Below the pieces are notes generated by a model. The model saw nothing but the letters and a program-made list of their open reading frames with translations. It made no database searches and was not told the origin of the DNA. Shown piece by piece: positions 41,706 to 55,712 of a DNA stretch of 64,000 nucleotides; positions within the stretch are counted from its first letter, which is position 1; each line of letters starts with the position of its first letter. The position numbers were made by a program, and so were the translations under genes. The stretch comes from Eledone cirrhosa (Eukaryota), in assembly GCA_964016885.1 (NCBI GenBank), contig OZ024742.1:116188001-116252000 (forward strand), in the 5' to 3' direction.

Positions 41706-41712
41706 ACATAAT

Positions 41713-41799
<87 letters not shown>

Positions 41800-43439
41800 G
41801 GACCGGGGAGTGAGAGATGGGATAGATAAATCGATAAGTAATTAGGTAGATAGATTTATATTGATGTATATGCTTTCTTTTTAGACTACATTGAAAGCAT
41901 TACTGCACTATAGTTATACTTTTCCCGTATTATGAAAAATTTTCTTTGCAAATTTTCGTACGGAACCTTGCAGTTCCTTTGGAAAAGAAACTTATTAAAT
42001 TCATCGTTAACCTTTCTAAACCTTCACATTTTTAATGACCTTTTGATATTTACTTCTCGATCGCAATTGTATTATAGGCCCGCGATATATACTAACAATA
42101 CATTTTATACTCATACCCAGATGTTTGTTTAAACATTATTGACAATAATGTTCATCGTAAGGATTAAGTTATCCAATTAAAGTATAGTTGTTATAATTTA
42201 TATTATTAACCGTATGTGGCAATGGTCATGGTATATTCCCAGACGGTTAAGAATTATGCAGATGGTGTCTAGCTTGAACATATTTACGTCAACATCAATT
42301 AAGAAACCGGAAGGTTTATGCAAGAGAATGAACAAAACATAGTTAATTAATGTGATATAAATAACAGTGAATTTATTAACAGGAGCACGCAATCTTCATT
42401 AATAAAGAAAATCAGAATTGTATGATGTAAGGATTTATGCATTATACCTGCAAAGACTAATATACAATGCAATTATTCCTCGATTTTCTTCGGTTTATTT
42501 CGGCTAAACAACAGCAGCAATGTCAACAATTCCAAAAGCGAAATAATTGAAACTGCAAAACTAAATAGATTAATTTGATGGAAATATATGTCCGCCATTT
42601 TGGTTATTAAGATTAAGATAGTGAAGAGAAAGTAATTTTTGTTATTAGCAAATGACTTTATTACTGTTGTTGTTTTTTAATTCATTACGATTTGTTATCT
42701 CATATCTCATTTCTTTTTTAAAACGGAGGTGTTCGTCATCGGCAAATACGTATCTGGTCCGTTGATAGGAATATTGTTTGTTCGTTTAGTGTTGTCTTCA
42801 AATACACAACTTTTTTATTACGTTCAGTCTAATGGAAAACTAAATAAAATAAATCCCACACAAAAACAAAATAATTGTGTTATGCATGATTCTTTAATTT
42901 ATAGATGAATACAACAGAGGACTATAATATAAAACACGATTAAATAAAACAGAACGTCACCAGTAAAATGATGAAAATAATACAAGTAATGTATAAATTG
43001 CATCGTAATTACACTAATCTACATTCGAAAATATTCCATTGACTTTCTAATGTTAAAAAACAATCGAATATATTTCCCTCCTTTTACCACGTCTCAATCA
43101 TTGTAATTATTCACATTAGTCTGTCAGTAACTTTGCATTTCAAATAGTAATAATAAACCACTCCTTGCATTAAAATAAGCGAGCTCTTTTGAATTGGAAG
43201 AAAATCGGTCAAAATGAAACTGTCATTGTTGTTGTTGTTTAGTCCTAGGTCAGTTCTGATCAAGCAGACCTATGGTCAAAATTTTGTAACTATGACCATC
43301 CATCGATTATATTTTTGAGCCGATTTGGGACTTTATACATCGCTCCCAGTCTGTGGTCCGCGAGCATATTCAAAATTTAAAGCACTTTGTTAAAAACATA
43401 ATATAATTTATGGTCTTGGATATTCAATCTTCTTCAAGT

Positions 43440-43645
43440 ATTAGCAGTTCTCTCTTTCGATTGTTATTTCTGCCGGATGGCTTCGCTTTCACAGGTACAC
43501 CACAATTAAGATGGATGGCATTCATAAGCTTCCTTGCCTTCTCTTGTGGAATCCAGCTGGATCATATGAAGAAACTTGTTTCTGGCAGGACCCTCTACTC
43601 CACTTCTGCATCTGCCAATAAATGGGCGGAGAACAGCAACAGTCT
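43440..43645 (-). mobile_element. Degenerate RTE-like LINE 3' coding remnant
   Basis: FIGRCRS / YDPAGFHKRRQG resemble the RTE C-terminal 'GHC.R...W.P..G.R..GRP'; stops in all frames. Confidence 0.35.
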
Positions 43646-46172
43646 GAGGGGAATAATTAGAATTAGTGGGGGAGGGTGCCTAGAATTATATGAAATATTT
43701 TCTTGGTAGTGAAACATTTTGGAATTCTAAACTATATTATCCAATGCCACATTCCATTTGAAGGACGATTATGGCTCTTCCCATGCATAGTCAACTCCCG
43801 GTTATATTATCTAATGTACCTTTTTCCACTTGATTAATTGTGATATAGGGTAGTTTTCCATTACTATTACTAGCAAAATGAACCACTGACGTAGGGTTTA
43901 TTTTATAGCTAGTAAATGAAGCAGTTATATCAGATAGGGACTACAAGGCAAGATTGTACAAAATAATAAAGTACGCCTAATTAGTAAAGTGCAGAGAATA
44001 GAATTCAGAACTTCACACTAATTGCTGAGACATCTAACAGATCATGTCTACCGTCACAAATGTTTGAGACTGAGAAATGATAAATAGAATATTTTTAACT
44101 GAGAAACAAACATAAAGATTCCTTTGATATTCTAATAATTGTTTCGCTTATTTCTGAATAGTAAGTACTCTTTTAAAATCAGAAATATACCAATGCAAAA
44201 CATCTTACAGACACTCTGATGCCTCGGATACACTGGTAAGCAGCGGCTAAAAGTCTTGCCACAAAGCAGATGTCCACTGTCATGATAAACCCACACACCA
44301 GCTAATTGTAATAGTATTTGACGTCTGCATTAACAGTTTGGCTCTCATAAAGTGGTATACTCATTGCATAATATAAGCAACGTATTCCATATGAATCCAA
44401 CATTTTTGTTATTCTACATTGGCAACATTCTAGCTGTTATATCACATCGTATACACGTTTGCATAAATGAAACCACGTTTCACTCATAATAATCTTCCCC
44501 TAACACAGGCTGATAACCGATGCTAAATTCGGACAAATTCAGGCTAAGTGCAATAGTTTATCCCTTAACACGTTTCTATCACCTACAAAGCACAACTATA
44601 ATTGGCAGAGATGCAGTGATGCACTTAGTACCACAAGCACGCCAGCACTCCAAATAAGAAGGACGTCCAGTTTAGCGTTTCACATAGGGGTGGGAAGTAG
44701 TTGACACTGAAAAGATGGTAGGGATATTGCTATGTTAATTAGATGAAGATATTTTTATAGCTATAATTCTACGTAGCCTTTTCCTTAACTGAGAATGGCA
44801 AGAACAAATTTCATTAATGTTTTCCAATATGACCACTCGAGATTTAGATGAATGACAAAAATTCGCAGATCAACATACATCAATAATTAAGTGACATATA
44901 AATACATATATAATCACTGTTCCTCAATCAAGTTTGCGCCTACTACAACGGTCCCTGCTCCTCTGAAATAATAGGCTACATCGTGTATTATTATCCGTAC
45001 TATATTTAACCTCTAAATCCCGAAGCAGCTACTTCCTCCAATCCGTTCTCCCTCGAAACCTGAAATGCCTTGAAATAACTGCATTTGTGCGTTTTATTGA
45101 TATGAATTAGCGGACACAATTTCAAACACATCTTCAACTGAATTTAAGTCACCAGTCTAAAGGACAACGAAAAAGTCCAAGAGTAACAGTTCCTTAACTC
45201 ATAAATAACGGTGGCACAACGTTACATATTTAAGTTGAGAATTTAGTCGAATAAATCAAGCCAATTACTGATTAATATGTTTATAAGATGAAAGTCGAAT
45301 TTGAATTGGACTGGAGCGTAAAGAATTGGAATGACATACTTTAGATCGAGCCACCACAATCCTTTCCATCACTTGGCCCATAACCCAGATATGTTTGGAG
45401 GGGTTGCTCTTAGAACCATCTTCTTGTGGGTTTGTGTTGCATAACCTTTGTGAGTAAGTAGATTTTTCCCTGAATTTTAGGACTTTTCCTACAATTTACT
45501 CGCTTAAATTCACACATTTGATTTTGAAAAAGAGCTCAAATAATACCCGTCAAGGAAATGTCAGAGGTTCAACAGGGGGTGTAAAATAATGGTATGAGAA
45601 CGACGACAATATCAGCAACATGTTTGTAATGCGAAAAAGTTTGCCTATTAATAGTCTATAGTGCTGTGAAGTCTCATTGTCATAGAATTAGTAGATGGGG
45701 AATGAAACAGGCGGTATCTCAGAAACACCCTAGGAATACGGAGCCCCTATATCGCACAGATTTTATACGGTTACATTATTTCCAAGGTGGACTAGGATAA
45801 ATATTTTTCAGGATACTTTACTCGAGTAATCAACTCTAGTAGCTGAAAAGTATTATGTTTGTCGATCCAGATAGGATGAATGTAAAGTTCATCTCGGTGG
45901 TGTATGAACTCAGATCATAAATTGTCAGCACTAATCCCGCAAATTAATTTTGTCCGACACTCTCACGCATCTGCCAATCCGCAACTCACACGTGACTAAC
46001 TAAATAGAATTCGTATAAGACACCTATGAAATAAAAGAAAAACTCTAGTTGTGGCGAGAGAAAATGAATGCAACGTTGTGAGCATTTCAGAGAAGATTAG
46101 GTTAGTATAAACAGACTGTAGGTGGAATAAAGTATATGGGAAGGAATTTGCTAGTTAAGTATACGATTATGT

Positions 46173-46214
<42 letters not shown>

Positions 46215-46913
46215 AAAACAGAGAAAGTGAAAAAATAAAGAGAAAGAAAGGGAGGGTAAGTAATATGAAAAGCTGCTGCTCCCTGATTTCCCACAAATAG
46301 AACAGAGAAAAGGTTATTTTTTTTATATATAAACATCAGTCATAGGATGAAAATAAAAGCAAAAATGGCAAATATATTTTGGACGAGAAATAGTGATTTG
46401 TAGCAAACATAAATGGACAAGTGTGAAAGATTTACAATAAAAATAAAAATAGAAGAAAAAAAATGAAGAATGATATGAATGAATGGCTTAGAACAGAAAA
46501 GAAATTGGGAGTGTCTGGAAAATGTACAGCATAACTGAAAACACGTCTGACTGACACTTTGGCAAAGGAAAATAAAGGAAATAATTACGTAAATGAAATA
46601 ATATAAAATAAAAGAAATACATTGCAGTTCCATTCCTTTGGTAGAAATAGAAGTTAGAAGCTAATATGACATCACCTTCCCATAATTTGCTCTGACATAT
46701 CGGTTGTGTTATTTTCACCTCTAAAGTGAAGAATTACTCGGTTTTTGTATCACACCCTTGTTCCTTCCTTATGATATAACGTACTGCAAAACGTATAAGT
46801 GCATGGAACGGGTGCGGCGGGACTGAATTCTTTAGCATCCATAATTTTCTATATATCTGATATCAATAAAAATAAATCAAGAGATTTGTTCCTCGATACA
46901 AATACGTAGCCAA

Positions 46914-47043
<130 letters not shown>

Positions 47044-47044
47044 A

Positions 47045-47232
47045 TATAGAAATGGGTTCTACGGGACAAGAACTATTTCATTCGGGAGAAATCACCAGGA
47101 AGCTCATGATGGTTTTTCCGGAATGAAACAGTTCTAGTCATGTAGAAGTCATTTCTATATCAAATATTTATACTTTGCTATATATTGAGTACCTTACTTA
47201 CTGTGGTTACCCCCGATTGAACCCGGGATAAG
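47045..47232 (+). mobile_element. Foldback family D (~52-bp arms + ~72-bp tail); single-arm relatives at ~41530-41660, ~58165-58298, tail end at 49886-49916
   Basis: 47045-47097 inverted to 47110-47160; shared core GTAGAAG..AT..CTATA...GAGTACCTTACT among relatives. Confidence 0.8.
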
Positions 47233-47258
47233 CATATATATATATGTGTCGGTGTGTA

Positions 47259-47291
<33 letters not shown>

Positions 47292-47904
47292 ACCTTAAAT
47301 CTCTTTCATATACACACATACATATCAAGCAACCCGTATCTACAGGCTATAGCCTATTTTCTGTCATTTCTTGAGTATTACAATGTTCAGGAGAGGCCGA
47401 ATAACATACATAAATGTTCATCGAAAATAAATAAAATGTTGTACAAGAACTGACATATTCTCGCCAAAAGTTGCCATCTTTTTATCTGTTAACCTCAAGG
47501 GTGAATATTTCTTATAGTCGTTCTATCAATATAGCTTTACTTTTTTGTAATACCACTCGATATACAATTGACGTAAACAGATTTCAACTGTACTATTTAT
47601 ACTGGAAGCTGTATTCCCTAAAGTGTCGATTACGTTATGCAACCGGTCTAATAGTCAAGTAATAGATAGATTTTATTGAGTTCTAGTCAAATCCTCGTCC
47701 TCTTATTTCATGGAACTAAGTTCTCAAATTCATTCATTTTCTTCGTTTTATTTTAACCTTATTTTGTAATTTTACATTAAACATTTTTATTTATATATAT
47801 ATACGTTATCCGGTTGATTCCTACGCTGTCTGGGCTATGGTTGAACATTATTTATTGTAATGTTTAATCTACACAGAGAAAATGAATTTATATATATGTA
47901 TATT

Positions 47905-47966
<62 letters not shown>

Positions 47967-47967
47967 A

Positions 47968-48004
<37 letters not shown>

Positions 48005-48062
48005 ATATATATACATATATATAAATTCAATTTCTCTGTGTAGGTTAACTGTGTGGATCGAC

Positions 48063-48106
<44 letters not shown>

Positions 48107-48194
48107 GTCGTTCGCCTTTCGTGAAATCGGACCCAGGAAATAATGTTTCCGTCGGTCTTTCCAATTGCTATTACCATCTATCGGTCGCAGTTCC

Positions 48195-48316
48195 AGGTAG
48201 AAGGAGCAACGTGAATGAAATAAAGTGTCGTGTTCAAGGACATAACGCATCACCCGGTCAAGGAATCGAACTCACAACTTAGGATTGCGAATCCAATTAT
48301 CTATCCACTCAGCCAT
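48195..48316 (-). mobile_element. Second tRNA-derived SINE family (relics also ~11660-11755, ~17190-17315, ~53480-53520)
   Basis: - strand: TGGCTGAGTGGATAG (A box) ... GTGAGTTCGATTCC (B box) ... GTCCTTGAACACGACACTTTATTTCA. Confidence 0.65.
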
Positions 48317-48743
48317 ATATATTAAACAGGGTGCCCCGCCCCAATAATTTGATTATCTGTACAGGCAATATTTATTAGAATGCGCAGCCTTTCCCAAATA
48401 TAAAATAATCTACAGACATAATTCAATTGTATGGAAACACGCAAAAATGTTTACATAATTTAAATAATTGTTTCTACTTTTAGCACAAAGCCAGCAAATA
48501 CCCAGTACATTACTGGTACTTTATGCGATCGACCCCGTAAGGTTGAAAGGCAAAGTTACCCTCGACGGGTTTGAACTCAGAGCGTAAAGGGACGTAACTA
48601 TGGTAGAAAGCATGACGTCTAACCTTCTACCATTACTGCCAATTACATAATTTAAATAATGCATATAAAAGAGATTTTATATAATTGCATGTTATTAAAG
48701 ATTGTTGTGTGTATAACAACATTTGCTACACCCTGTGTATGTT

Positions 48744-49040
48744 TTGAAAAATGAAAATAAAATAGAAGCCAAGGTTAGTACTTAATTATTTCATTGTTTT
48801 ATGATCGTTTCAGAAAATTAATCATCCTAATAAATCCTTATATTTATTAGCTAATAATGGTTATTGTATTGACATAAGCACTGTCAGTTAGTCAATAATC
48901 AAAATGATCAATAAACCTCAGAAACGATCGTAAAGCAATCAACTAATTAAACATCAAGCTTCAGCGCTTGTTATATTTTCATTGTTCAAATCATAAATGT
49001 ATGTATTACTCTGTAGCTACTTTAGAATCCATAACGGAAT
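48744..49040 (+). mobile_element. Older foldback element related to family G
   Basis: Diverged inverted arms 48744-48811 / 48921-48990 containing GAAACGATCGTAAA; tail with TACTCTG...TAGAAT. Confidence 0.55.
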
Positions 49041-49189
49041 CATATATGATGAAAGCTTACCACAAAACAATAACTCTCATCACTTGATATCGTTGGAACT
49101 ATTTCTTCAAGACGACATGGAGCTCTAACAAGGTTATTGGATAGGTAGAATACTTGTACACACACACACAAACGCACACACACATACAC

Positions 49190-49236
<47 letters not shown>

Positions 49237-49240
<4 letters not shown>

Positions 49241-49432
49241 AAAATGTTCAAAACCCCGACGGCAGTGCTCGAGCCGTTTTGACTGCCATTTCTGGACTGA
49301 AATAGCCATCGAAACAGCTTGAGCTCTGCCGTCAGGGTCTTGAACATTTTCCTATTACCCACTCTACTACCCTAAGTATTGACTATTCTGGTGCGTTATT
49401 GTCCATCTGGTTCCTTAACACACATCCTTCGT

Positions 49433-49433
<1 letters not shown>
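49237..49433 (+). mobile_element. Foldback family C copy 2
   Basis: 49237-49292 inverted to 49299-49354; same tail as 16265-16348. Confidence 0.85.
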
Positions 49434-49498
<65 letters not shown>

Positions 49499-49590
49499 AT
49501 ATATATAGTCATATATATATATATATATATGACTATATATACATATATATATATTGTCATATATATATATGACTATATATGTATATACAT

Positions 49591-49664
<74 letters not shown>

Positions 49665-49735
49665 CTATCCAGCGAACCTTCAGCCGTCAATGTTGTTTTT
49701 TTATGGGTATGTCAACATGTATAAAACATATTTTA

Positions 49736-49800
49736 TATTTTATCTGATGAAAGCGCACTAAAATTGCCTTGGTTGCCCTTGAAACATATATAATAAAATA
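49736..49800 (+). ncRNA. Minimal type-I hammerhead motif (copy 1 of tandem pair)
   Basis: Perfect 8-bp stem I TATTTTAT/ATAAAATA; CTGATGA 49744-50; imperfect stem II AAGCGCACTAA/TTGGTTGCCCTT; GAAACATATATA. Confidence 0.75.
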
Positions 49801-49829
49801 ATTATGGTTCCTTAACACACATCCTTCGT

Positions 49830-49874
<45 letters not shown>

Positions 49875-50044
49875 TTAATATAGATGTGGTTACCTCCGAT
49901 TCAACCCGGAATAACGTATATATATATATATATATATATATATGATATATATATAGTCATATATATATATATATATATATGACTATATATACATATATAT
50001 ATATTGTCATATATATATATATATGACTATATATATATATACAT

Positions 50045-50104
<60 letters not shown>

Positions 50105-50181
50105 ATATGACTATCCAGCGAACCTTCAGCCGTCAATGTTGTTGTTTTATGGGTATGTCAACATGTATAAAACATATTTTA

Positions 50182-50246
50182 TATTTTATCTGATGAAAGC
50201 GCACTAAAATTGCCTTGGTTGCCCTTGAAACATATATAATAAAATA
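50182..50246 (+). ncRNA. Minimal type-I hammerhead motif (copy 2 of tandem pair)
   Basis: Identical to 49736-49800, 446 bp downstream. Confidence 0.75.
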
Positions 50247-50431
50247 ATTATGGTTTTATAAATATAGTCTCCATTTATTAATATATTGAATATATACTCC
50301 AGTAACTTGTTGAGGGCTTTATATCATTTATAAAACTTTTAAGCTTGTTGAATCCCAATAAATTAAATATAACTTCTGCATATATATATATATATATATT
50401 TAGTTATGTAATAAACAACATAAGGCAATTA

Positions 50432-50491
50432 TTCCATTTACCAGTGGTTTCTTAAAAGCCAAAAATGTTGCTTTCAATCATCAGAATGAAA
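50432..50491 (-). ncRNA. Type-I hammerhead motif, inverted-arm copy
   Basis: Reverse complement reads TTTCATT CTGATGA TTGAAAGC...GCTTTTAA GAAACCACTGGTA AATGGAA. Confidence 0.8.
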
Positions 50492-50590
50492 AAATCCTGG
50501 TCTATTTATTGAATTGGATTTTTAAAAAAAGGTTTTTTAAAAAATCCAAAAGTTTTTAAAAAATCCAATTCAATAAATAGACCAGGATTT

Positions 50591-50650
50591 TTTCATTCTG
50601 ATGATTGAAAGCAATTTTTTTTGCTTTTAAGAAACCACTGGTAAATGGAA
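50591..50650 (+). ncRNA. Type-I hammerhead ribozyme motif, apparently intact
   Basis: Stem I TTTCATT/AATGGAA; core CTGATGA 50598-50604; stem II TTGAAAGCAA/TTGCTTTTAA; GAAA 50631-34; stem III ACC/GGT; predicted cleavage after GUA (50643). Confidence 0.85.
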
Positions 50651-51445
50651 TAATTGCCTTATGTTGTTTATTACATAACTATTAAGCTCTGTTACCTACA
50701 TAGAGCACTCTTTTTTCCTGGACTTTTCCGACGGAATTACTTCATTTCTATATATATATATAAACATACAGAAGAAACAAGTATCATTTACTCTAATAGC
50801 GCTTTATTTATCTCTCGATGTGTTCCATCACAAGAAAGAAAATAATCAACCGTGAATTTTGATTTATGTATATCCAGCCATGCAACATCAATATATTGAT
50901 AACTAGTCTTAGTCTATGTATGTACGTATAGACTTTAACGTATCTTTCTGTCTAAAAACCACATTTTTCTAAGAATTGTAAATGATTGATAATGAGCGAA
51001 TCAACTCCGCGACATGTTTTCTATAAATCTGGATTGAGTAAAAAAAATATATATAAAGTTACAGCAAACTGTCTCACTGTTGCTTTGAAGTTATAAACTA
51101 TAATATGTTTTAACTATATTTAAATTAAGACATTAATTCACTATTATATGTTTATACAATCGGTATCTTATTAGCCCCATTTGAAACTTATTGGTCCACT
51201 CGGTAACATTTAATTATTCGGCGCCAAACATTACCATTTGTAACCATTTGTTGAACGACAAGCTGGCTGGCAGACACAGGAACTGCTTATTGAGTGAACT
51301 TTCAAAAACTTTAATTAAAATATTCAGTGAGTAAGAAATGGAATAAAAAGAATATACATTCAGAAAAGAAATCATATATATTTGGGTAATATTAAAATGA
51401 TGATATTTAGAATGTATTGTCTATTTCTCTACTCCATCCCATCCC

Positions 51446-51512
<67 letters not shown>

Positions 51513-51515
51513 TTC

Positions 51516-51596
<81 letters not shown>

Positions 51597-53034
51597 TATA
51601 CGTTTTTTCTGCGGTATTATTCTATATATTATAAAGTATTGAACTATGTATTCTTGGTTTGTATAGGTTACGCAAATTGTAGACAGCTTGGCTAGAAGTG
51701 TTTAAATATTTATATCAGGAGGCTATAATCGCTTAAGATGGTTGACATCTTTCAATTGCAATGGTTTCTTCGTATTTTAACATTTAAATATAGAACAGTC
51801 ATGTTTTTTACAATTAAAGGGCGGCTCGGGTGGGCATTAATGCAGAGTCTTAAAATACATTTAGTTCTAGTAAGACGAAGACAGTAGTTGACTTAAGATT
51901 GTGCTTTATCTCTTACTGAATCGTTTAAAAAAATCAATGTACGTTGAACTTAGAGTTCATAAAGTGGAATAATTTAATATGCTATGAGGACGAGATATCT
52001 AACATTTTAAACGAGGCTCTTCATTGGAGACGCAAAATATGTACGGATAAATACTAATTATCTCTTTATTGAAATAGTAGAATCTGGGAACAGTAATGTC
52101 GGTAAATATCACAAAGAGTAGAAGAGCTTTATGCTGTGAGAAAGATAAAACGTCTAAATTTTTGAGTAGAACCCAACGTCAGAGCAGAAGGAAATGACAT
52201 GTTTTGAGTGATGGAGAAATTTAGAATGCTGAAATATATATGTATATATATATATGTGATTAGCATTACCAAAATCGATAAGTGATTACTTAAATCGATT
52301 ATTTTGCTCCATTTTTTTATGAACTATGAAACAGCGCCGTAAGGAAACTAATGGCTTTTCCATCTTAAAGTTTGTACTTTTTCCTGAATATTAAGTGCGT
52401 TATATAAAACTATGTGCTTCCCAAATGATATATGCCCCTTAATCTCCCTTTCTCTCTATATATACATATATCTCTTAATTTGAAGTATAGATGCTCTGGA
52501 CCAAGTTCCATTGAGATTTTGTATTGAGAAACGTAACCATCATACACATTATATATATTTTGATATATTAATATAGTATGTAATTGCTCAAAGTCCTTAA
52601 TTTATCGAGTTGATTAAACTGTGATTAGTACTTCGCACCACTTTCTAGCAGATACGAGATCCAGTTTCATTTGAATCTGCCCTGACAGTTGAAACTGTTT
52701 TAAGTAGCTCGTGGATCCCGATAGATAAAAATATGTTTTATACAGTGAGAGACATATTTAGAGACAATTGCTCTGACGATTAGTTTGCATCTTCAATAGC
52801 TTTACCAAAACCGATCGTTGGTAATCGATAATTAATTACTTAGATCGGTTATTTTACATCAGGTTTTGAACTAGAAAACGGCACCTCGGGAAAAATAATG
52901 GATATTTCACCTTAAAGTATGTACCTTTTCCTTAATATTAAGTGCTTTATATATGTACAAAATAGTGTGTTTCTCAAATGATATGACTCTTTCTCCCTAT
53001 ATATATATCAATATATTTTTAAATTGAATTATAT

Positions 53035-53079
<45 letters not shown>

Positions 53080-55672
53080 AGGAGGAGGTGGTGGAAGGAG
53101 AAGAGAGTAGGGAGAATATAAGGGAGATGGTAATTGTAAGGGGACAAAGGGGTACAACTAAAAGGAACGCCACAATTTAAAGAATAGTGATAGGGGTAAA
53201 GTCGTAAAAATGGCGGAGCCTAAACTTTAATATGATATTGTGTTTAGTTTACTATTTAGTTTAAATCAAATCCTTCTTCAAGCGGTGATGTACCGAGGCT
53301 GATTAAATCGCCAACATCTTCGTCATTAATTTTACGTCTGTTTTGCGTTGGCATGGATTGGGAAAATCCCGGACCTCATCCCTCTTTCATGTTTCGTTTA
53401 AAAGACTCCCTGTTGTCCGGGACTTCAGTCGATTGCATGTTGAACACCCTCTCCCTGTTGGTTCTTCTTTTCAACTAATCGAACTGGAGTAGCGTGAAAT
53501 GAAATTCGTTGTTCAAGGACATAGTTTCAAGGTATTTGAAAGATGTAATGTAAAATTTCGAAATATTCAAATTTTCCCACTTTGATGTACGGGTCCAATA
53601 ATCAGAAACACAGGAATATATTTTATTCATATTGTTTTGCCCTTTATAATTTCATTTTATATTATCATGAGCAGCAATAAACGGCATTAGCCGGGTACAG
53701 TAATGCCAAAAGCGTATATTGTCACATGGATTTACTATATTTGAAATAAATTGTTTCGAATTTATGTAGATGATCTTCAGTTGTGTGGACAATGTGAGTC
53801 ACTCGCAATTGTAGTATCAAAAACTAACAACTATAAACAAATATTGAACATATATTTCACATTTATCTTAAGAAATGTGCCGCTATGCAAACCTTGTGCA
53901 AAGGTATTGACTGAACTAGGGAGATGCATATATACACGTTTTTATATTATGATGTAGAATGGTTTCCTCTATTAACAGTGACGGTTATTAAACTAGCACC
54001 TGTGTTGAATAACAGTACCCTCCTCAGAGTCTGCTGCACTTGTTACCTCTCACATTGGCACTTTTTTATCATCATATACTTTTAAAATTCTTAGCAGTAA
54101 ATTCCCTATTCGTATGTGCTCTGTAGGTACTGTAGAAGTATGAATCTGATGATATACCATTTACTATCGTAGCATGTTCCCACAAATATAGAATTAGTCT
54201 TTTAGGGGATTAAGTTCAAACGAGACAAGAAGCCTCTGTTAATATAAAAATGCAAGGGATTTAAATCTATCTAATATTAGCTGGGCTGGGCTAGGCTGGT
54301 TCAATTATGTATTTGCTTAGCATGTCAGATATAGCTCCGGAAGCTGGTTCGTATCTCGTCTCTTTTAAGCCATACCGATTGAGGGAATAAACGTTGCTGA
54401 ATAATATTGACTAAACCGCAATCTCAAATATGAGATGCCAGTAATGCATTTATACATATAATATTCATTTAAATAAACAAGCAAACATACACGAATACAC
54501 ACAGGTGCATACACACACCCATAGGAAAAGATCTATATACAGAGAAAAAAAAATCTGCCTGGAGGGTTTTGTCTCTTCCAATATTAAGCAATTTCCATAA
54601 ACATTTCCCTTTTTTCTCTTTCTAAGTAGATTATTTTCATATTGCACTAGACATTAAAATATCAAAGCCAGCAGCACCATGTCATTTTATTTTTGTAGAT
54701 ACTCATGGAGGTGTGAGATAGTAAATATATGCACTTGACAATAAACGTTTGAAAGGAAAAAAATGCCTTCAATCTTTCCAGCTTAAGAGTAAACTGAAAA
54801 ATATAACGAACCTGTAACAGAAAATAATTGTTTCTACTTTAGGCACAAGGCCAGCAATTACCAAGTACATTACTGGTACTTTATTTTATCGACCCCGTAG
54901 GGATGAAAGGCTAAGTCACCCTATGATATTTGTCTTGTGGATGTCAAATTAAAGGCTTTTAGTTCTCATGACATTATCACGCCAAGTCAGACTACACGAG
55001 ACTCTGTTAGGGATTATGCTCATTTGAATATCTGCATGATTCCGTATGTAGGAAAACGAATTTGATTGAAAAGAATCCCCAAAATTAACGTCTATCTAAG
55101 AAGGAAAAATTTAGAAAAAACTCAGCTGTGCTTTACGCCAAATTTTTATAAGGCATAGCTTATTTCACCTCAGTACCGAGTGAGTAAACATCACTAAAGA
55201 TGGAACAAGTCCTGATTCACTAGTGTTTCACTTTCTGCTGTAAACTTGAAATGAACATAGCTTACAATAACTATGGAGATACTTATCTAGGTTAATTACA
55301 CATAAAAATATTATATTTACTTATATATACACCTCTATTATAAACATATAAATGCGGCGAAATGGCAAAATCGTTTCAACGTCTGATGGATAGCTTTGCA
55401 GTCCCGACCATCTGCGCTCACAGAATTCAAATCCTGATAAGATTAACTTTGTTTTTCACACTTTCAAAGTTGAGAAAAAGTTTCATATCCTTATTAGAGT
55501 CGGTTATTCGTCTATATGTTGTTTATTTTCAGTGTCTCTCTCTCTCGTTCTCTGGAGGAAATCAGGTGTTTAGATTTGAAGAGAGGTTGGGCCTCATTTG
55601 TTTAAACGTTCCCTTTCAACTTACGACATACTTAGGAGGCTATGGATTAGAAGTCCATAGAGACAGACATGC

Positions 55673-55712
<40 letters not shown>

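Larger units (their letters stand above)
49409..50290 (+). repeat. Tandem duplication (~400-450 bp unit) spanning family C tail end, TA-rich tract and hammerhead element
   Basis: 49409-49809 repeated from 49805; junction at TGGTT microhomology; second unit has an extra 45-bp segment (49872-49916). Confidence 0.85.
50401..50748 (+). mobile_element. Foldback element F: ~128-bp inverted arms + ~68-bp tail, in (TA)n
   Basis: 50401-50528 inverted to ~50553-50681; intact hammerhead motif in each arm. Confidence 0.88.

Noticed and set aside
44150-44700. Possible degenerate membrane-protein (GPCR-like) sequence on - strand
   Set aside because: Multiple stops and only impressionistic similarity
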